In this document: one piece after another, positions 8,809 to 23,109 of the stretch | Layout: every line of letters begins with the position of its first letter | Position numbering within the stretch: position 1 is the first letter of the stretch | Source: Bugula neritina | Lineage: Eukaryota; Animalia; Bryozoa | Assembly (NCBI GenBank): GCA_964035545.1 | Contig: CAXIUT010000245.1 | Coordinates: forward strand, 1 to 30,923 | Length of the DNA: 30,923 nucleotides | Reading direction: 5' to 3' | The notes under the pieces: generated by a model | What the model was told of the DNA's origin: nothing | Seen by the model: only the letters and a program-made list of their open reading frames with translations | The model's database searches: none | Made by a program: the position numbers and the translations under genes

Positions 8809-11800
8809 TCAATGCATGACAACATCTCCTTTCTTACATCCTTTCATGATCTCTTCCATGGGAGTTCCTTCTGGATATTCTTCTTACACGTATTCGTATT
8901 AATACTCAGTTTCTTAACTTGGTTCGCCTATTGACATAATATTACTTTTATCTTCTTCTTTCTCATCAATTAGCTCTAATTTATTATACTCATCAAATTC
9001 TTTTTAGTTGAACTATTTATCAGCAAATATTGTGTCTCTAACTTTCTTTCTCTATTTTTTTGATAATCTCTAACTACTAACTATTGATTTATGAGATTTC
9101 TATTTTTAGTTGGCGATGTTAGTAAAAATTTATCCATACTATTTTGATACTATTTATGCTCTGTTAGGTCTTAATTTTAATGCTTTTATTTTTTATTTAG
9201 TGCTAGCAGACATACTTGGTTCTTTCATGACCATATTGGCTAAACTTTATCCTGTTTCTACTTGAATAGCTTATAAAAATTATGCTCTTGATTTGACTTC
9301 TCCTCTCAATTTTTTATCTTCCTCATCATACTCTTTAGTCCACTCCAAATGTTCAACAATATAGTTAACTCTAAAGAAATCGCTTCTGACCAATAACTTC
9401 CAAACATAATGATGATAGTATTTATAAATTCTAAAGAAGAAATAGATAATATTGAACGTAAATGAAATAATTAGAAGCGCACAGACAAAATTACAAACAA
9501 GACCTTATTATCAACTGATAGATCCGAATACAGGAAAACAAAGATCAGAAGGACTATGTAGATCAAAATTAATGCCAATAGATTGGCAATATAGATTTAG
9601 TTGTTGTATTATCTTGTTTTTACTGAAAAGAATGGTTTCTTAGCTATTATGTATACCAAAAATGCAATAGTTAGCAAGATAATCAGAATAAGTTGGATTA
9701 CTGGGTTGGAGAATGAGATAGTTAGGAAGAGAGCGATTAAAAATTTGTATACATAACTTAGTAGAGGGAAAGATATCTACCATGGACCAGCTTTTGTTTA
9801 GATCGGATATGGGAATATGAGTAGTTAGTTTACTTTAGGCTAGCGGATGTCTGACAAGTCGAATTAGTTTTTATCGATGTGAAGTAGTGGTTTTTGTTTT
9901 ATACTAGAACTGTTTTCTGGTAGAGTATGAAATTATATGCTTTTTGGATCATTAGATAAGCTATAGGGAACTATTTTACTATTTTTCTCATCTTATAGGT
10001 GAAATAAATGATTACTACCAGGAAAAGAATCATAAATATCCATGAACTGAGTATAGAAAAAACATGAATACCTGAAGTACCCAAATAACTATAGATACGC
10101 ATATTATAGATTCCTATCATGAAAACAGGAAGGAATAGAATATATACCAGTGCATGTAGATGTTTTTTCCAGAAATACTATCTTATGAACGATTTTGCCC
10201 ATCTTTTAATTTATTTTGTAGGTGCTTTCTTGCTTAGAATACCAATAACAATAGCAAAGATAACAAGCATTACCAAAATAAAGTAGAAATATCCTAGAAC
10301 CCGTAAAAATGCTGCATCTTGCATCAACGAGTATATATTATTATTGTTTGAATTTTTATCATAGATGGCTTGTTTAAAAGCCGAACCGAAGAAGTTGGGA
10401 AGGAATGTGAAAATCGATCCCAGAGCACTGCGGATAGAATAAAGCAAATTAGGTGGATAAGTGACGTTGACAAACAGACAAGCTAGCGTGAGTTGCATGA
10501 AATCAAACATAGGCATCCAGATAGACTGATGGGTTCCAAATGATAGTAGAAGCATTATGAAGGCAAATACGACAACTGCAAGAAGGTATTTATCTATGCC
10601 TGGATTGTAGGAATCTAGGGAGTAGATGTTGTCTTTGTCGACTGTGAAGGATGCTCTGGTTGTCTGTGGCATTTGTCCTGTGGCGGTTTGGATGGCTGAT
10701 GGGTCGAGGATTTGCACTTATACTTGCTAGCCACTAGATGGATCGTAGTTGTTCAAAACAAAAGAGTATAGTCCGTTTCCATAGTCATAGATGGTGTAGT
10801 TGAGATACGTATAGGAAGTGACAAGTAATCGACTATTCGTTAGAGATTGTATTTGTATAACTTTATCGATTTATTTGTGATATCTACTGGCTGGTTGAAT
10901 TGCACTTGGACATTGTATTCAAAATTGTTCACAAATTGGGTGACCTCGAAAGTCAAAGGTTGCTAAACACAGTTAGCAATCGAACAACTAACGCATGTCT
11001 GGCTGCTGTTTACTATCTGAGCTATCGTGCCGCTTGGACACTCAGATACACAGATACCATTCGATCGGTAGTATCCATTGGCACATACTAGACAGTTTTA
11101 GGCTGTAACTATGCATGATTGACAGACAGAACTGCATGTCTGGCAGGTAGTTAGACTGAGATACTATCCAGTAGGACAGGATGATACACAACCTTTAAGC
11201 GTGTAGTATTTTCTAAGAGGAGAACAATAGAGATAGCATTTATAGTCTGACCAGATAGCTGCATTGGTGTTACAAGCTAAACAGCTACTTACAGTTAGAC
11301 AGCTAGTACATCCTTTCATGCAAGAGTCGCAAGTTTGGGCTTGAGTGTTGACATAATAACCTGCGGGACAGGTCTGAACACAAGATTTTGTAGAATTGAG
11401 AGCATAGTATCCCTGAGTACATTGTAATGCTGTACCACAAATTCTATTAGGATTTGCGAAGGTGATAGTTGGGAAAGTGGGACAGCTCTAAAGGCAAGCG
11501 CCTGAATAGAGATAATATCCTAGATTGCAAGTGATGCAGGTATATGGTCCTGTGCAATTGGCGCATGGATCTGGACATTTATAGCATAAATGATCTGTGA
11601 TATTTTCGTAGTATGGATCTGGGCAGACATCGACGCAGACCTGAGCAACAGGATATCCATATAGTGGAATAGGACATTCTTATACGCAATCATTAGTTGT
11701 ATTTTCACCAAAAGTGTCATGCCCAAGAACTGTTTGAGAAGCGTTGGGGCATCGTGTTACACATTGTTGATTTTAGTCAGAAGCATAGGTTCCTTCAGGA

Positions 11801-14800
11801 CACATAGATACGCAAGTATTATTGAAAGTTTACCCAAAGAATCCCTGGACACGAGGACACTATAATACACACATCCAAGTAGAATTGTCAGCAAAGTAAG
11901 GAGTAGGACAGTTCTATACGCAAAGGTTTGTTCCTGTATATCCATACCAGTTAAGAGGACAGTATCTTACACAATAACGGTAAGTATGTCTCCATATGAG
12001 TCATCTGGGCATTTCTGAACGCATATTCTAGTAACATTATCAGCATAACCTCCTGTTGTAACATTGTTACAGATAGCAACACAAGTTTGAGTGACATTAT
12101 CTGCATAGGTAATCGGATCTGTTGGACATTGACTGACACATCTTTGAGTCTAGTTGTCACCCCAGGTTAACTCACTCATTGGACATTTTTAGACACAACG
12201 GCGGGTTAAGTTATCAGCCCAGTTAACTAAATCAAAAGGACATTGAACCAGACATCTTCTAGTTGTGTTCTAAGCGAAGTAGTCTTGCTCACATTGTGCA
12301 ACACACATCTGAGAGATAGGATCAGCATAGTAATCTGGAGTAGATGGACATTTGTCCACACAGATGTTGGTAGATGGATCAGCGTAGGTGTCTGGCTAGC
12401 GAGGACATCTAGCAATACAACGTTGACTGTGGTCATCAGCATAACTGTTGTCTGGACATGCTAAATAATATATATTTTACTTGGTAGACATCTATTGGAG
12501 ATGTTTTAGGCAAAGAGAGGAGGTACTGTATCATTGGGACACATCTTTACACAGAGTCGAGTATTGTTATCGGCAAAAGTTTATTCCTATTATGGACACA
12601 TTTCAACACAGCGAAGAGATTTGAGATCGCCAAAGATGTCGGGACTTGAAGGGCAGACAGTAACGCATCTACGAGTTGAGTTATCAGCAAAAGTTAGAGG
12701 AAATTAAGGACAATAGAATACGCATCGACCAGTAGAGTTATCAGAAAAATAGTCAGGAGATGTAGGACAAGTCTATACACATAATCTAGTTGAATTATCA
12801 CTGAAACTACCAGTAAAACTGACATTAGGAGGGAGACAATTAGCAACACAGCGTCTACTGTATTATTCTGCATAGTATTATGGATATTCAGGACACACTT
12901 TGACACATCTCATAGTTGAATTATCTGCAAAGGTATTTTAGCTACCAGCTGGGCAAATATCAACACATTTCCAAGTAGAATTATCACCATAGGTATCTTC
13001 TTTCATCGGACAAACTTGAACACATAATCGAGTTGAGTTGTCAGAAAATATGCGATCTAGCAGCCAGAAGTACCATCTGTTTGATAGTTAACGCATTCTT
13101 GAGTCAATGGGTTACCATATGAGTTGTTACTTAGCGGACACTATTGAACACAGATAAGGTTATCTGGATTACCATAGTATATAGGATCTACACTGCAGAT
13201 TTATACACACATATTCAAGAGCTAATCTGCAAATTCTCTCCAAGGACAATTCAATTCGCATCTCCAGGTGGAATTCACACAAAATATCCTTAAGGACACG
13301 TAGTTACACATCTTCTGGTCGTTGAGTCGGCATATGTATTATTTGGACAGTTATAGACACAGACTCTCGAGATGTTATCTGCATAGAAATCAGGAACAGT
13401 TGGACACAAAAGCACACAGAGATGGGTAGAGTTATCGGCGTAGTAATTAGGTTGAGTGGGACAAGTAGACACACAGGTCCAAGTAGTATCATCTCCAAAA
13501 GTTTAAGGATCTGTGATGCAGATATTCAAACAAAGACGAGATATATTATCCGAAAAAGAGTCATTGGGACAGATAGCTGTACAAATACGTGAGGTATTGA
13601 TAGCAAACAGAGCAGGAATAGTGGGACAGGTACTTACACAGAAGCGAGTTGAAAAATCAGCATAGAGAAGAGGAGATTATGGACATTGAGGCATACATGT
13701 TCTAGAATTAGGTTAGGCAAAGTAGTTTTGACTGATAGGGCATATAAAGACACATCTTTCGTGAAAGGATCAGCATAGGTACCAAATTAAGCAGTACAGC
13801 CACTCATGCAGAGGTGATTGCCATCTTCAGCGTAATATTGTACTGAAGTAACTATTGGACAGTCAGCCACACATTTACCAGTACTGGTATCTCCATAAGT
13901 ATATGGTGGACACAACTGAATACAGTATTTGCTGGCAGGATCAGCAAAACCAGTCAAACAGGTTGCTAGACATTGTCTTGTACTATTTTAGTTATAGGTG
14001 TCATTGGGACAGATATCCACGCATCTTCTGGTAGAATCATCCGCATATGTATTTTAAACACCTCCAGGACAATATTTGACACATGATCTGCTAGAATTAT
14101 CCGCATACATTGATGGACTATCAGGACAATTAAGAACACACTCCCAAGTATGATTTGATGCATAGTAATTTGGTTCAGTGGGGCATGTTGTCACACAAAG
14201 ATTAGTTGTATTGTCAGCGAAAGTTTGATTGCTTGCGATTGAACATATCTAAATGCAATATCTTGTGTGGTTGTCGGCATAGCTGTTGTCGGGACAAGAT
14301 AGGACGCATCTTTGGGTATCATTTTATGCGTAATATGCTGGAACTGATGGACAGATTAGCACACATATTCTTGTGACTGGATCAGCATAGTATTTATCTG
14401 GAAAGATGGACAATTGGGTTAGCAAATTTGAGAAATGGGATCGCCATAGTAATCAGGCACAACTGGACATATAGCAATACATTCTCCTGTGGTATTGAAT
14501 GCAAAAGTGCCATCTGTGCAACTAGTTGATATCACACATAATCTTTGATTTTCATCTGCATACAAAGTAGCAAGAGGACACTGCTACACACATACTCGAT
14601 TTGCAGTATCACCATACATGAGAGTGTACTGGGAACAGTTGCTGACACAAGTTTGAGTGGTATTATCAGCAAAATAGTTTTAAGGGCATTGTGAGACACA
14701 GATACCAGCAACTAGATCAGCATATTATGAAAGACTGCTGCATCTGGCAACACATTTCCAAATGAGACGATCGCCAACTAATCCTTTATCTGTTGGACAG

Positions 14801-17800
14801 GTCGTGACACAAGTTCTTGTGAATTAATCTGCATATGAGAAGTAAATAGCTGTATGGGCGCATTATTAAACGCAGAGATGGTTAGTTGAATCAGCATATT
14901 TATTATTGGCAAGTGAACACTAAGTATTGCAGGTATTATTTTATGTTTATCCAAAATATCCATCAGGACAAGTTAATACACAGGTATTATCGATAAGTGA
15001 AGCGAAGTAGGTGAGTCCTCCGACTGTTGGACAGAATTTAACGCACTATCCGTTGGTTGATTGCCCGAAAGGCATATATGAATACTGGTAAATAGTTGAT
15101 GAACAGTTGAGTACGCATTATTTTGTGGCTAGATCGAGATAAGGATAGTTTGAGTTGGTGCAATCGAGGTGACATTTATTGGTAAAGTTATCAGCTACAT
15201 AGGGATAAGGACAAAGATAGACACACTAACGTACTGGATTTGTTGAATCACCGTTGTCGAAAGCATACATTTTGGGGAAGCTAGGACAATTGTTAACACA
15301 AGTTTTGGCTAAAAGGGTCAGCATAGCTGTTTGATTTACAGACAGAAACACAAGCTGGAGGATTGACATTGCTATCACCAAAGAAACCAAAATCAGGATC
15401 GCATTTCTATACACACATGCGAGTATTAGGATCTGCATACATAGAAGAAGGACAGGTACCTAGACAGGTTCTATCGATGAGGTATCCAAAGAAGTTGTCA
15501 GAACAGACTGCTAGACAGCTATAAGATGTTGTATCTGCAAAGGTGACTGGCGATAATGGACACTGAGTGACACAGATATAAGAAGTGAAGTCTCTAAATT
15601 AGTTGTTAGGACAGGTTTTCGTGCAATATCTATCGGTTCCTAGGACAGCTTGGAAGTATGTTTATGGAGAATGAGGGCAATCAAAGACACATTTGAAGGT
15701 GGTTTAATCTCTGTAATAAGGCGAAGGACAAAGACTTTTGCATTAATTGGTTTAATCATAGGAATATCGAGTTGAACAATTTTATACACAGTAGCCTGAA
15801 ATAGTATCAGCATAGGTCATATTGGGACAGTATGTTACACAATTTCTAGTCACGTTATCCATATAGTAGTTTGTCGGACAGGGAAAGACGCATACTCTGG
15901 CAGGAATAAACCTGAATTGAGTAACATTAAGACACTACTAGACACAAGTATAGGTATCATTCTAACCAAAAGAGATGGAGTTGCTGGACAGACAGTTACA
16001 CAGGCGGGTTGAATTATCAGAATAGTAGTTGTTGGAACATGTTGGTGTGCAGTTGAATGTAAAAGGATCGAAGAAGAAATCAGGAGAACATTCAGATACA
16101 CAGGTTTGATCTTCATCATTTTTTATTAGTTACATTGTGCTATTGAATGTGCAAGTTGTTGCACATACTCTTGTCACTGATCAGCGTAATAGATTACTCC
16201 TGAGAGAATAGGACATCGCAAAACACAACTGAAAGTTGATAGTTATGCAAAACTGCCCAAACAAGTTGGGACACAGGTGACAGTTTAGTTGTCAGCATAG
16301 TGATTAGCAGGACAAGCAGATGGTATTACACATTCTAAGCTTGTAGGATTTCCATAATATCCATCTGGACACTGTGCAATACAATTTTTGCCATGAATCC
16401 ATTGATCTTGACTGCAACTAGTTACACATAGAACAAGATTATCATCAGCATAGTACATGGGACTGTTGGGGCAGGCAGTATCAAGGACACATTTGGCTTC
16501 TGAAGGGAAGGAGGAATTATCACCATAGAGTTGTAAATTGGTTGAAGTTTGAAGAGGACAACGTGAAAGACATTGATAGGTGTCTTAGTTGAAAAAAGTC
16601 CCAGCAGGACAAGTTTGTACACATGATTTCGTAGATTAGAGTTTTCTGTAGTTATTAGTACAAGTTTAAACACATTTTTTGTTGTTATCATCCCGCATAG
16701 TATTGTTTAGGATAGGTTGGACATGTAGATAAGCAACGATAAGTCGTATCATCAGCCATTGTTTAATAGGCGAGAAAGAACAGGTAGTTTGACAGCTGCG
16801 GCTACTTTGTGCATCTCGATAGGTATGATTTGTCATGCAGACGTAGTAACACATTCCTTGATCAGAAAATGATCCATCAATGCCAATTTAAGCAGGACAG
16901 ATATCTATGCAGACTCTTGTTTGATTCCATTTGAATCCTGATTGAATACTACCTGGTAGTAAACAAGTGTCAAGACATGCTCGAGTTGTATTTTATCCCC
17001 ATGTTCCATCAGTAGCATTGGTAGGATCCGCTGGACAAGTAGTTACACACATGGTGCTCACGTTTTAAGCATAGTAAAGAGTGCCATTGACTGTTGGACA
17101 CAAAAGAGGAGAAGTTACACAGGTTCGTTTGATATCTTAACCCCAAGTACCTTCTGCGCACTTGGCAACACAGTAACGGAAAGGAGTTTATTGGGCGTAT
17201 GAACCAAGAGGACAAGTTTTAACACAAGCAACAGTGTCATTATCACCAAATGTAGCATCTGCTAAAGGACATACCATCACGCAAGTTTTAGTAGAATTGT
17301 CAGCAAATTGAAGTGTGAGGTTTGATAGTTTAGGACATACATAAACACAAAGACCAACTCCTGTTGAAAGATCAGCATAACTATAAGTAGGACATTATTC
17401 TACACAGGAAAAAGTAAGATTATCTGCAAACATTTGAACATTGCTTTTTCCATTGGAATTCGTGCAGGACAGATAGGTCTACACTGACGATTGTAGACAG
17501 TTACTTCAGCCCAAGTTAGACTAGGACAGTAGCGAGCCTCAACACAAGTATAAGTGACATTCTATCCAAATAGTTAAGAAGGTTCAGCTGAACATATTTC
17601 CACACAGATATTTAATTCTGGATCAGCAAAAGAACCATCAAAAGAAAGATCAGCTGCTTTGCATTCAGTTTGACATTAAAGTGATGTATTATATCCGTAG
17701 AAACCTGTTGGACACTTAGCCACGCATAAATATTTTTGCATATCAGCAAAGTTATGTTACGATGAAGGACATTTTGCCACACATGACTTAGTTAAGTTAT

Positions 17801-20800
17801 CTGCAACGTATTGTACGCCTCCTACTTAAGAACAGTTCAAGGGGAACAACACACATACTGGTGGTATCGTCAGCGTAGTAGCCATCTGGACAATCGAAAG
17901 GAGTTTTTTTTGCATGTTTTTGATAGAGAATCACCCCAAAGGTTCGATTGATTAGAATTACCACAATTAGTGACACATAAGTTATCTTAATCTCTTGCAA
18001 ATTGACATAAGGACATTCTGTTTAGCAGACTCCATAACTGGGGAAGTTATTAGTCCATGAACTCCAGGCAACAGTATAATTGACTCCATAAGTTAAATTA
18101 GAACATCTAGTAGTACACTAAACAGTCAAGTTATCAGCCCACTACCCATCAGGACAAAACTGACTGCACACTCCATTATTAGTCGTTATATTCAAAGCAA
18201 ACCAACTCAAACCACACTGACGAACACACTCTTTTGTCACATTATCAGCATATAGTTCATTTGGACCCGGGCAAACATCAATACAGGTTTTTGTGTTATT
18301 ATCGCCATAAAATCCATCTGTGCAGTTCAAAGCTACCACGCATAGATCTTTTGTTAGATCGCCATAAAGAGCAACTGGAGTTCGAGAACATTCAGCTTGG
18401 TTGACGCATCTTCGGAGTTATTGGCCGTCACGAACTGTGTTGCTGTGGCATGATGCACTGCATAGTTGGGTATTGTTGTCACCGTAGTAATCTGGTTCAT
18501 CAGGACAAATCAGAACACAGTTTTTAGTACTAGGATCGCCAAAATAAATAACAGATGCATTATTAATGCAAGTTGCAACACAATAACGAGTGACTGGATC
18601 AGCATATCCTGTACATTACATAGAAATAACACATTTGGAGTTAGATTAATGAGCAAACGTATAATTTTAACATCCATCAGAAGTCCAGGCACAAGTTTGT
18701 GATGAATTATCTGCCATCCGCAACTAGTGCAGTCAGTTCTACAAACTCTGTCAGCAGAAATAACTATAGTTGCACCACTTAAAGTACAATTAAGAGGCGT
18801 AATATGGCCAAGGACATTTAAGTAAACAAGTTCTATTGCCTGTTACATCACCATAGTAAGGCGAAGGACATTGAGCTTGGCATCTGTTATTCTCTATATT
18901 GCCAAAAAGAACATCGTTAAAAGTACATCCATGTACACATAAAGGTATCCCTGAAACGTTGTGAGCAAATTATCCATCTGGACAGTACAACACACAGGTT
19001 CGGGTAGTATTATAGCCATAGCTGTCTGCAGTAGCACGAGAACAGGAAGTAACACAGTGTCTATTCACATGGAAGGGATCCGCCCAAGTAGTATCTGAAC
19101 AGTTAACAACACACAAGTTATCAAGTCCAAAAGTAGATGAAGGCGAAGCAGCACACGTAAGCACGCATTCCATATTTTGTTGTTAGTCACCAAAATAGGC
19201 TCCTTCACAAGTTTGATCACAATATCCAGAAACAGTATTGCCCCACTCATGCTCAAGCAAACTGTTATTATGGAGACATGTTTTAACACAGATTTTTGTA
19301 TCATTTTGACGGAAAGCACCATCTGCACATCTAGCTGTTGTGCATTACCAAGTTGAATTGTCACCGAAGTAGAGATCGCCACTGCAAGTACGAGTGCACT
19401 GGAAAGTCAGAGGATCGCCGTAGAAGTTTTGAGGACACGAAGCTGGTAAAACGCAAAATCCAGTCTATGTATTTCCATATAACCCATCAGAAAGAGAACA
19501 ATTGACAACACAAAGACGCTGTGTCAATAATCCCACAGTCAAACTTTGACCAAAAGCACTGCTATTACATACAGATAAACACAAAAAGGTATCAATATCT
19601 CCTTAAGTATCAGGACTGCAGAAATCAGTGCAATAGCCAGTAATATTATCACCATAAAGAAACTAACCTAACAAACTGACTGAACAGACAGCTAGCAGAT
19701 GGTTGAGTTGGTAGATCCTTTGACTAAATAGTTTTTCCAGTATCCAGTTGGACATTCAGCTAGACATGCTCTTGTGGAACAAACGCCCATCCTGATGACA
19801 AGATTAATAGCAGAAAAAGGTGTGACTGAAGTATCCATCATCTGTAGATGCATTATAAGTTGGACAGTTTTGTTGGCAATGTCCTGAAACAGGATCTCCA
19901 AAAGTTCCAAGAGGACACTCATTGTAACAAACAGAATCATTCCCATCGAATTTGAACTGATTGAGTGTGATATCTGATTCCCCAGGCATCATAACAATCA
20001 CTGACACAAGTTCTATCAGTAGCATCAGTAATAGATGTTTTTTTGTACTAACCAGTCGGACAATGTACAACATGATCTCACACCACTAGCGTCAGTATCA
20101 ACAAAAATAGTTAGGGAAGCTGCAGGCTGACACACATTCATAGAGAAGAGCATTTCTAATTTATGCCCCACAATCTGTTGTACAGGCACCCGATTGGAGA
20201 TAGTGGTTGGTTGCTGGGTTGCATTTGCAAATTCCTTAGACAACGAATTTATTTGGATCTGTGCAGGCTGTGCAGTCGCTGGAAGTTGGTCCTGTGCAAC
20301 TCGAACAAGAAGCATCGCATTTCATTGCCATTATTATCATCTATTTGACTCCCCAGATGCATTCCTGCAGAAGTAGAGTACATCTTTAAAGTCATTCCAT
20401 CAGCTGTGTGTGTGAACCAGTTGTCGACGACGTCTAAGTGATCATAGGAGCGATATCCGCATAGATACTAACCTGGAATATCTTGCATTCTGTAGTCGAA
20501 CTGGAAACGATTGAATCCTCCTTCAACAAAAAGAATACTCATTCCATTGGTCCAGTCGTCAATAAATAACAATGTGGCTCTCACTTTGACTCCATAGTGA
20601 TTGATAGTACTAAACACAGTAGTTGAAGTATAGGTGAGTTGGGCAGTTGTGGGAAACATTGTAGTATCGAAATCAGTTGATAGACTGTTAGTTGACAGAT
20701 AAGTTGCTGCAGCTGCAGTGTATACTTATTCATTATTGTATCCATAATAACCAAATACATAGTCAGCTGAGGTACAACTTCCTTGATCGACTTATCCGAA

Positions 20801-21865
20801 AACATCATAACCTGTTTTAGACCATGGACTGGAACTAGTAGTAACAGTTGGAGTTGTCCCTCCCCAGTTGACTACTTCCTCATAGGTGCTGTTATAAGCA
20901 CAACTAGTACCTGATGCTCCATCTGCGCAACTGGTGCACTGACTGCTAGTAGCACCATTACAACTATCACACTAAATGGCGCATTTATAACAATAACCCG
21001 GGAACAATATCGAAAACCCTTCGAAGCAGAAGCAGTTAGCAGATGAAAAACTACCACTGACCGAAGAATCATACTTAGCATACTGAAAACATTAGTTGTT
21101 CGATATACAATGTCCATTTATATTGGTATATCCTGTTAAACAATTCGAATAGCACTTGACTGTATGCGTGCAGAAAGGATCACCATATCCAGAACAGTTT
21201 TTTCCGATTTGATCGTAAGTAGTACCGAAGTTGGCACCATTTGGCATTTCTTTTGTTTGTTAAATAGCACATATTCTACAACCTACTGGACAAGCTATAC
21301 ACATCTTTGTTATCTGTAGGCCGTAGTATCCATCTGGGCAGGGGTTTATTTTTGAAGTGACGCCTTGATATTATGCGGAATGGAGACCGACTTAACTGCC
21401 CAGATACTGGTAGCAGGCTGATTAATTTACTCGGTATGATGTTGAGGTGCATTCGGTACAGTCATTTTGAGAATAAGATTGGCAGTTTAGACACCAATGA
21501 TGGCAATGTTGGCAACCATAGCCAGCTCCTTGAGGAGGTGGGAAGTAGTGAGGTGGACAGTAACTTGCACAGGTATTATCATCATAATCGGCCCAAAAAT
21601 ATGCAGGTTAATCATCTGTACCGGCATTGATGTCAGTCGTACATCCACAGCAGCATTATAAATTTGAAGTGGATGAGCTGGATTGACACCATCTTTTACC
21701 GACTTGAGGAGCTGAAGCACATCTCGGATCGCAAGAGATTGATTGTACACAACTTGCTGGGCAGCTAGTTCCTCCTGTTTGGTTGTTGTTAGGCTGAGCA
21801 TCTGTAACAACTATCATACAGATGAGGCTGAAGAGGAGTTGTTGTAAACGAGGTGCAAAGATCAT
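8809..21865 (-). CDS. Giant (about 4300 aa) cysteine-rich, furin-like-repeat, multi-pass membrane surface protein
   Basis: Signal peptide MIFAPRLQQLLFSLICMIVVTDA; furin-like CxxCxxxCxxC units; non-Cys domain about 20400-20850 (HYGVKVRATLLFIDDWTNG...CG); about 9 kb of CVxxCPx(2-6)[YF][AG]DN[ST]TxxC repeats; several hydrophobic helices about 9430-10600; acidic tail ETEYEYEYVEEEYPEG...VVMH-TGA; multiple 1-nt frame breaks. Confidence 0.88.
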
Positions 21866-22011
21866 TTATTTTATCATATATTTATAATCATTTTCATTTC
21901 ATTATCCAACCTATACTTCATTAATCAATTGATTCAAACATAAATTAGTATTGATTGAAACATAAATTATTCATTATTTAAACATAGATAAATTAGTCAT
22001 AATCACTAGAA

Positions 22012-22765
22012 TCATTCTTTTGTTTTACTTTTCATTCCTTTTAACTTACTCAACACCTACAAACTTTTCTTTTTAGTCTGCTATAATCTATCTATCAAAT
22101 CACTCTTATTTTTTATTATTTATTTGTTAGAATGAGTACTTTTCCATGATTTTGACACCCATGATTCCCTTAATCCCATATAACAGGTATCATATCCAAT
22201 AGAATGGACAGTTTATCTAGTCATTTATGTTTATTTTTATTATAGGGCTTTTAATTACTAAAAAAAACTATGCTATTTTCTTTTAATTGGCTTTAAAAAC
22301 TTAGACTTTATCTTAATGATCAATTGAAAACTAATTTAAAAAATATTTTATCCTGATAGATTTACTTAAACCTAAACATTTTGGATCAAAAATAAATTTA
22401 AATCCATTTTTAGTCAAATATCTAGTCATATCCATCAATTGCTCTTGTAGATCTTTTAACAGATCTTCACCCATGTTGAGTACCCATTTGTCCAAAGTTA
22501 GAGGAATATACTAATAGTAAAAATGACAGGTGTTTTACTCGTTTGCTTAAGCATGGATCATTCTCACAAGATAATCACTTTCTAAACTTTGTACCAGTTG
22601 AGCCATCTTGTTTAATATAGTGAGATCTGATTCTTTTTGGTAAAATAGTTTTTTACGAACAATACATTACTCATTGACTAAGGTTTCTCTTAGACCTCCA
22701 AAAGGATAAATGCTTTACATCTATAGAATGGCATGCTTTGTAGTATTCAGTTGCATACGTTACAT
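22012..22765 (-). CDS. Kinase-fold-like pseudokinase / hypothetical protein
   Basis: MERMQLNTTK...SDYLVRMIHAEANEENTCHFYYEYIPLTLDKWVLNMGEDLLKDLQEQLMDMTRYLTKNGFKFIFDPKCLGLSKSIRIKYF matches subdomain IV-VII spacing but lacks HRD and DFG; one frame break at a T run near 22260. Confidence 0.55.
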
Positions 22766-23109
22766 GATAGTTTTAGGTGCTATTTTATTATAGCGGTAAT
22801 CAACTTGCTTTGATTAGAAAAAAAAACCAAACCAAGAGATAATGGCTTATTAATAAGAAGAACAAAAGAGTTTCAAGAAGATAAAGGTCGCAATATCATT
22901 AAAATTATATTTAAAAATTCATTTTATTGAAACTGTCATTCTTGGTGAAACGATATTCTCTTGAAATATAAGTTGATATCAGTCCTAAAAACAAACTCAT
23001 TGTTGATAAATAACAACTTTGACTTCATTTTAAATTTATTTCTAACTAAAATATCAATATATTGGACTTATGCCTTGATATTATGATATTAATTAAGTAA
23101 TCATTCAAT

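Noticed and set aside
2600-13760. Widespread programmed frameshifting or pseudogenisation
   Set aside because: Breaks at about 2605, 10170, 13278 and 13758 are each fixed by adding one base to a short homopolymer, occur in many unrelated genes and share no motif, as expected for long-read error; needs polishing to be certain
10211-21865. Dozens of separate short ORFs in the track
   Set aside because: Fragments or shadows of one giant gene cut at TAA/TAG (Glu) codons and 1-nt indels
8809-21865. Mating-type gene (MTA/MTB/mtA-like) because of furin-like repeats plus TM helices
   Set aside because: Architecture is shared by large ciliate families; no head-to-head partner gene and far more Cys repeats than those proteins
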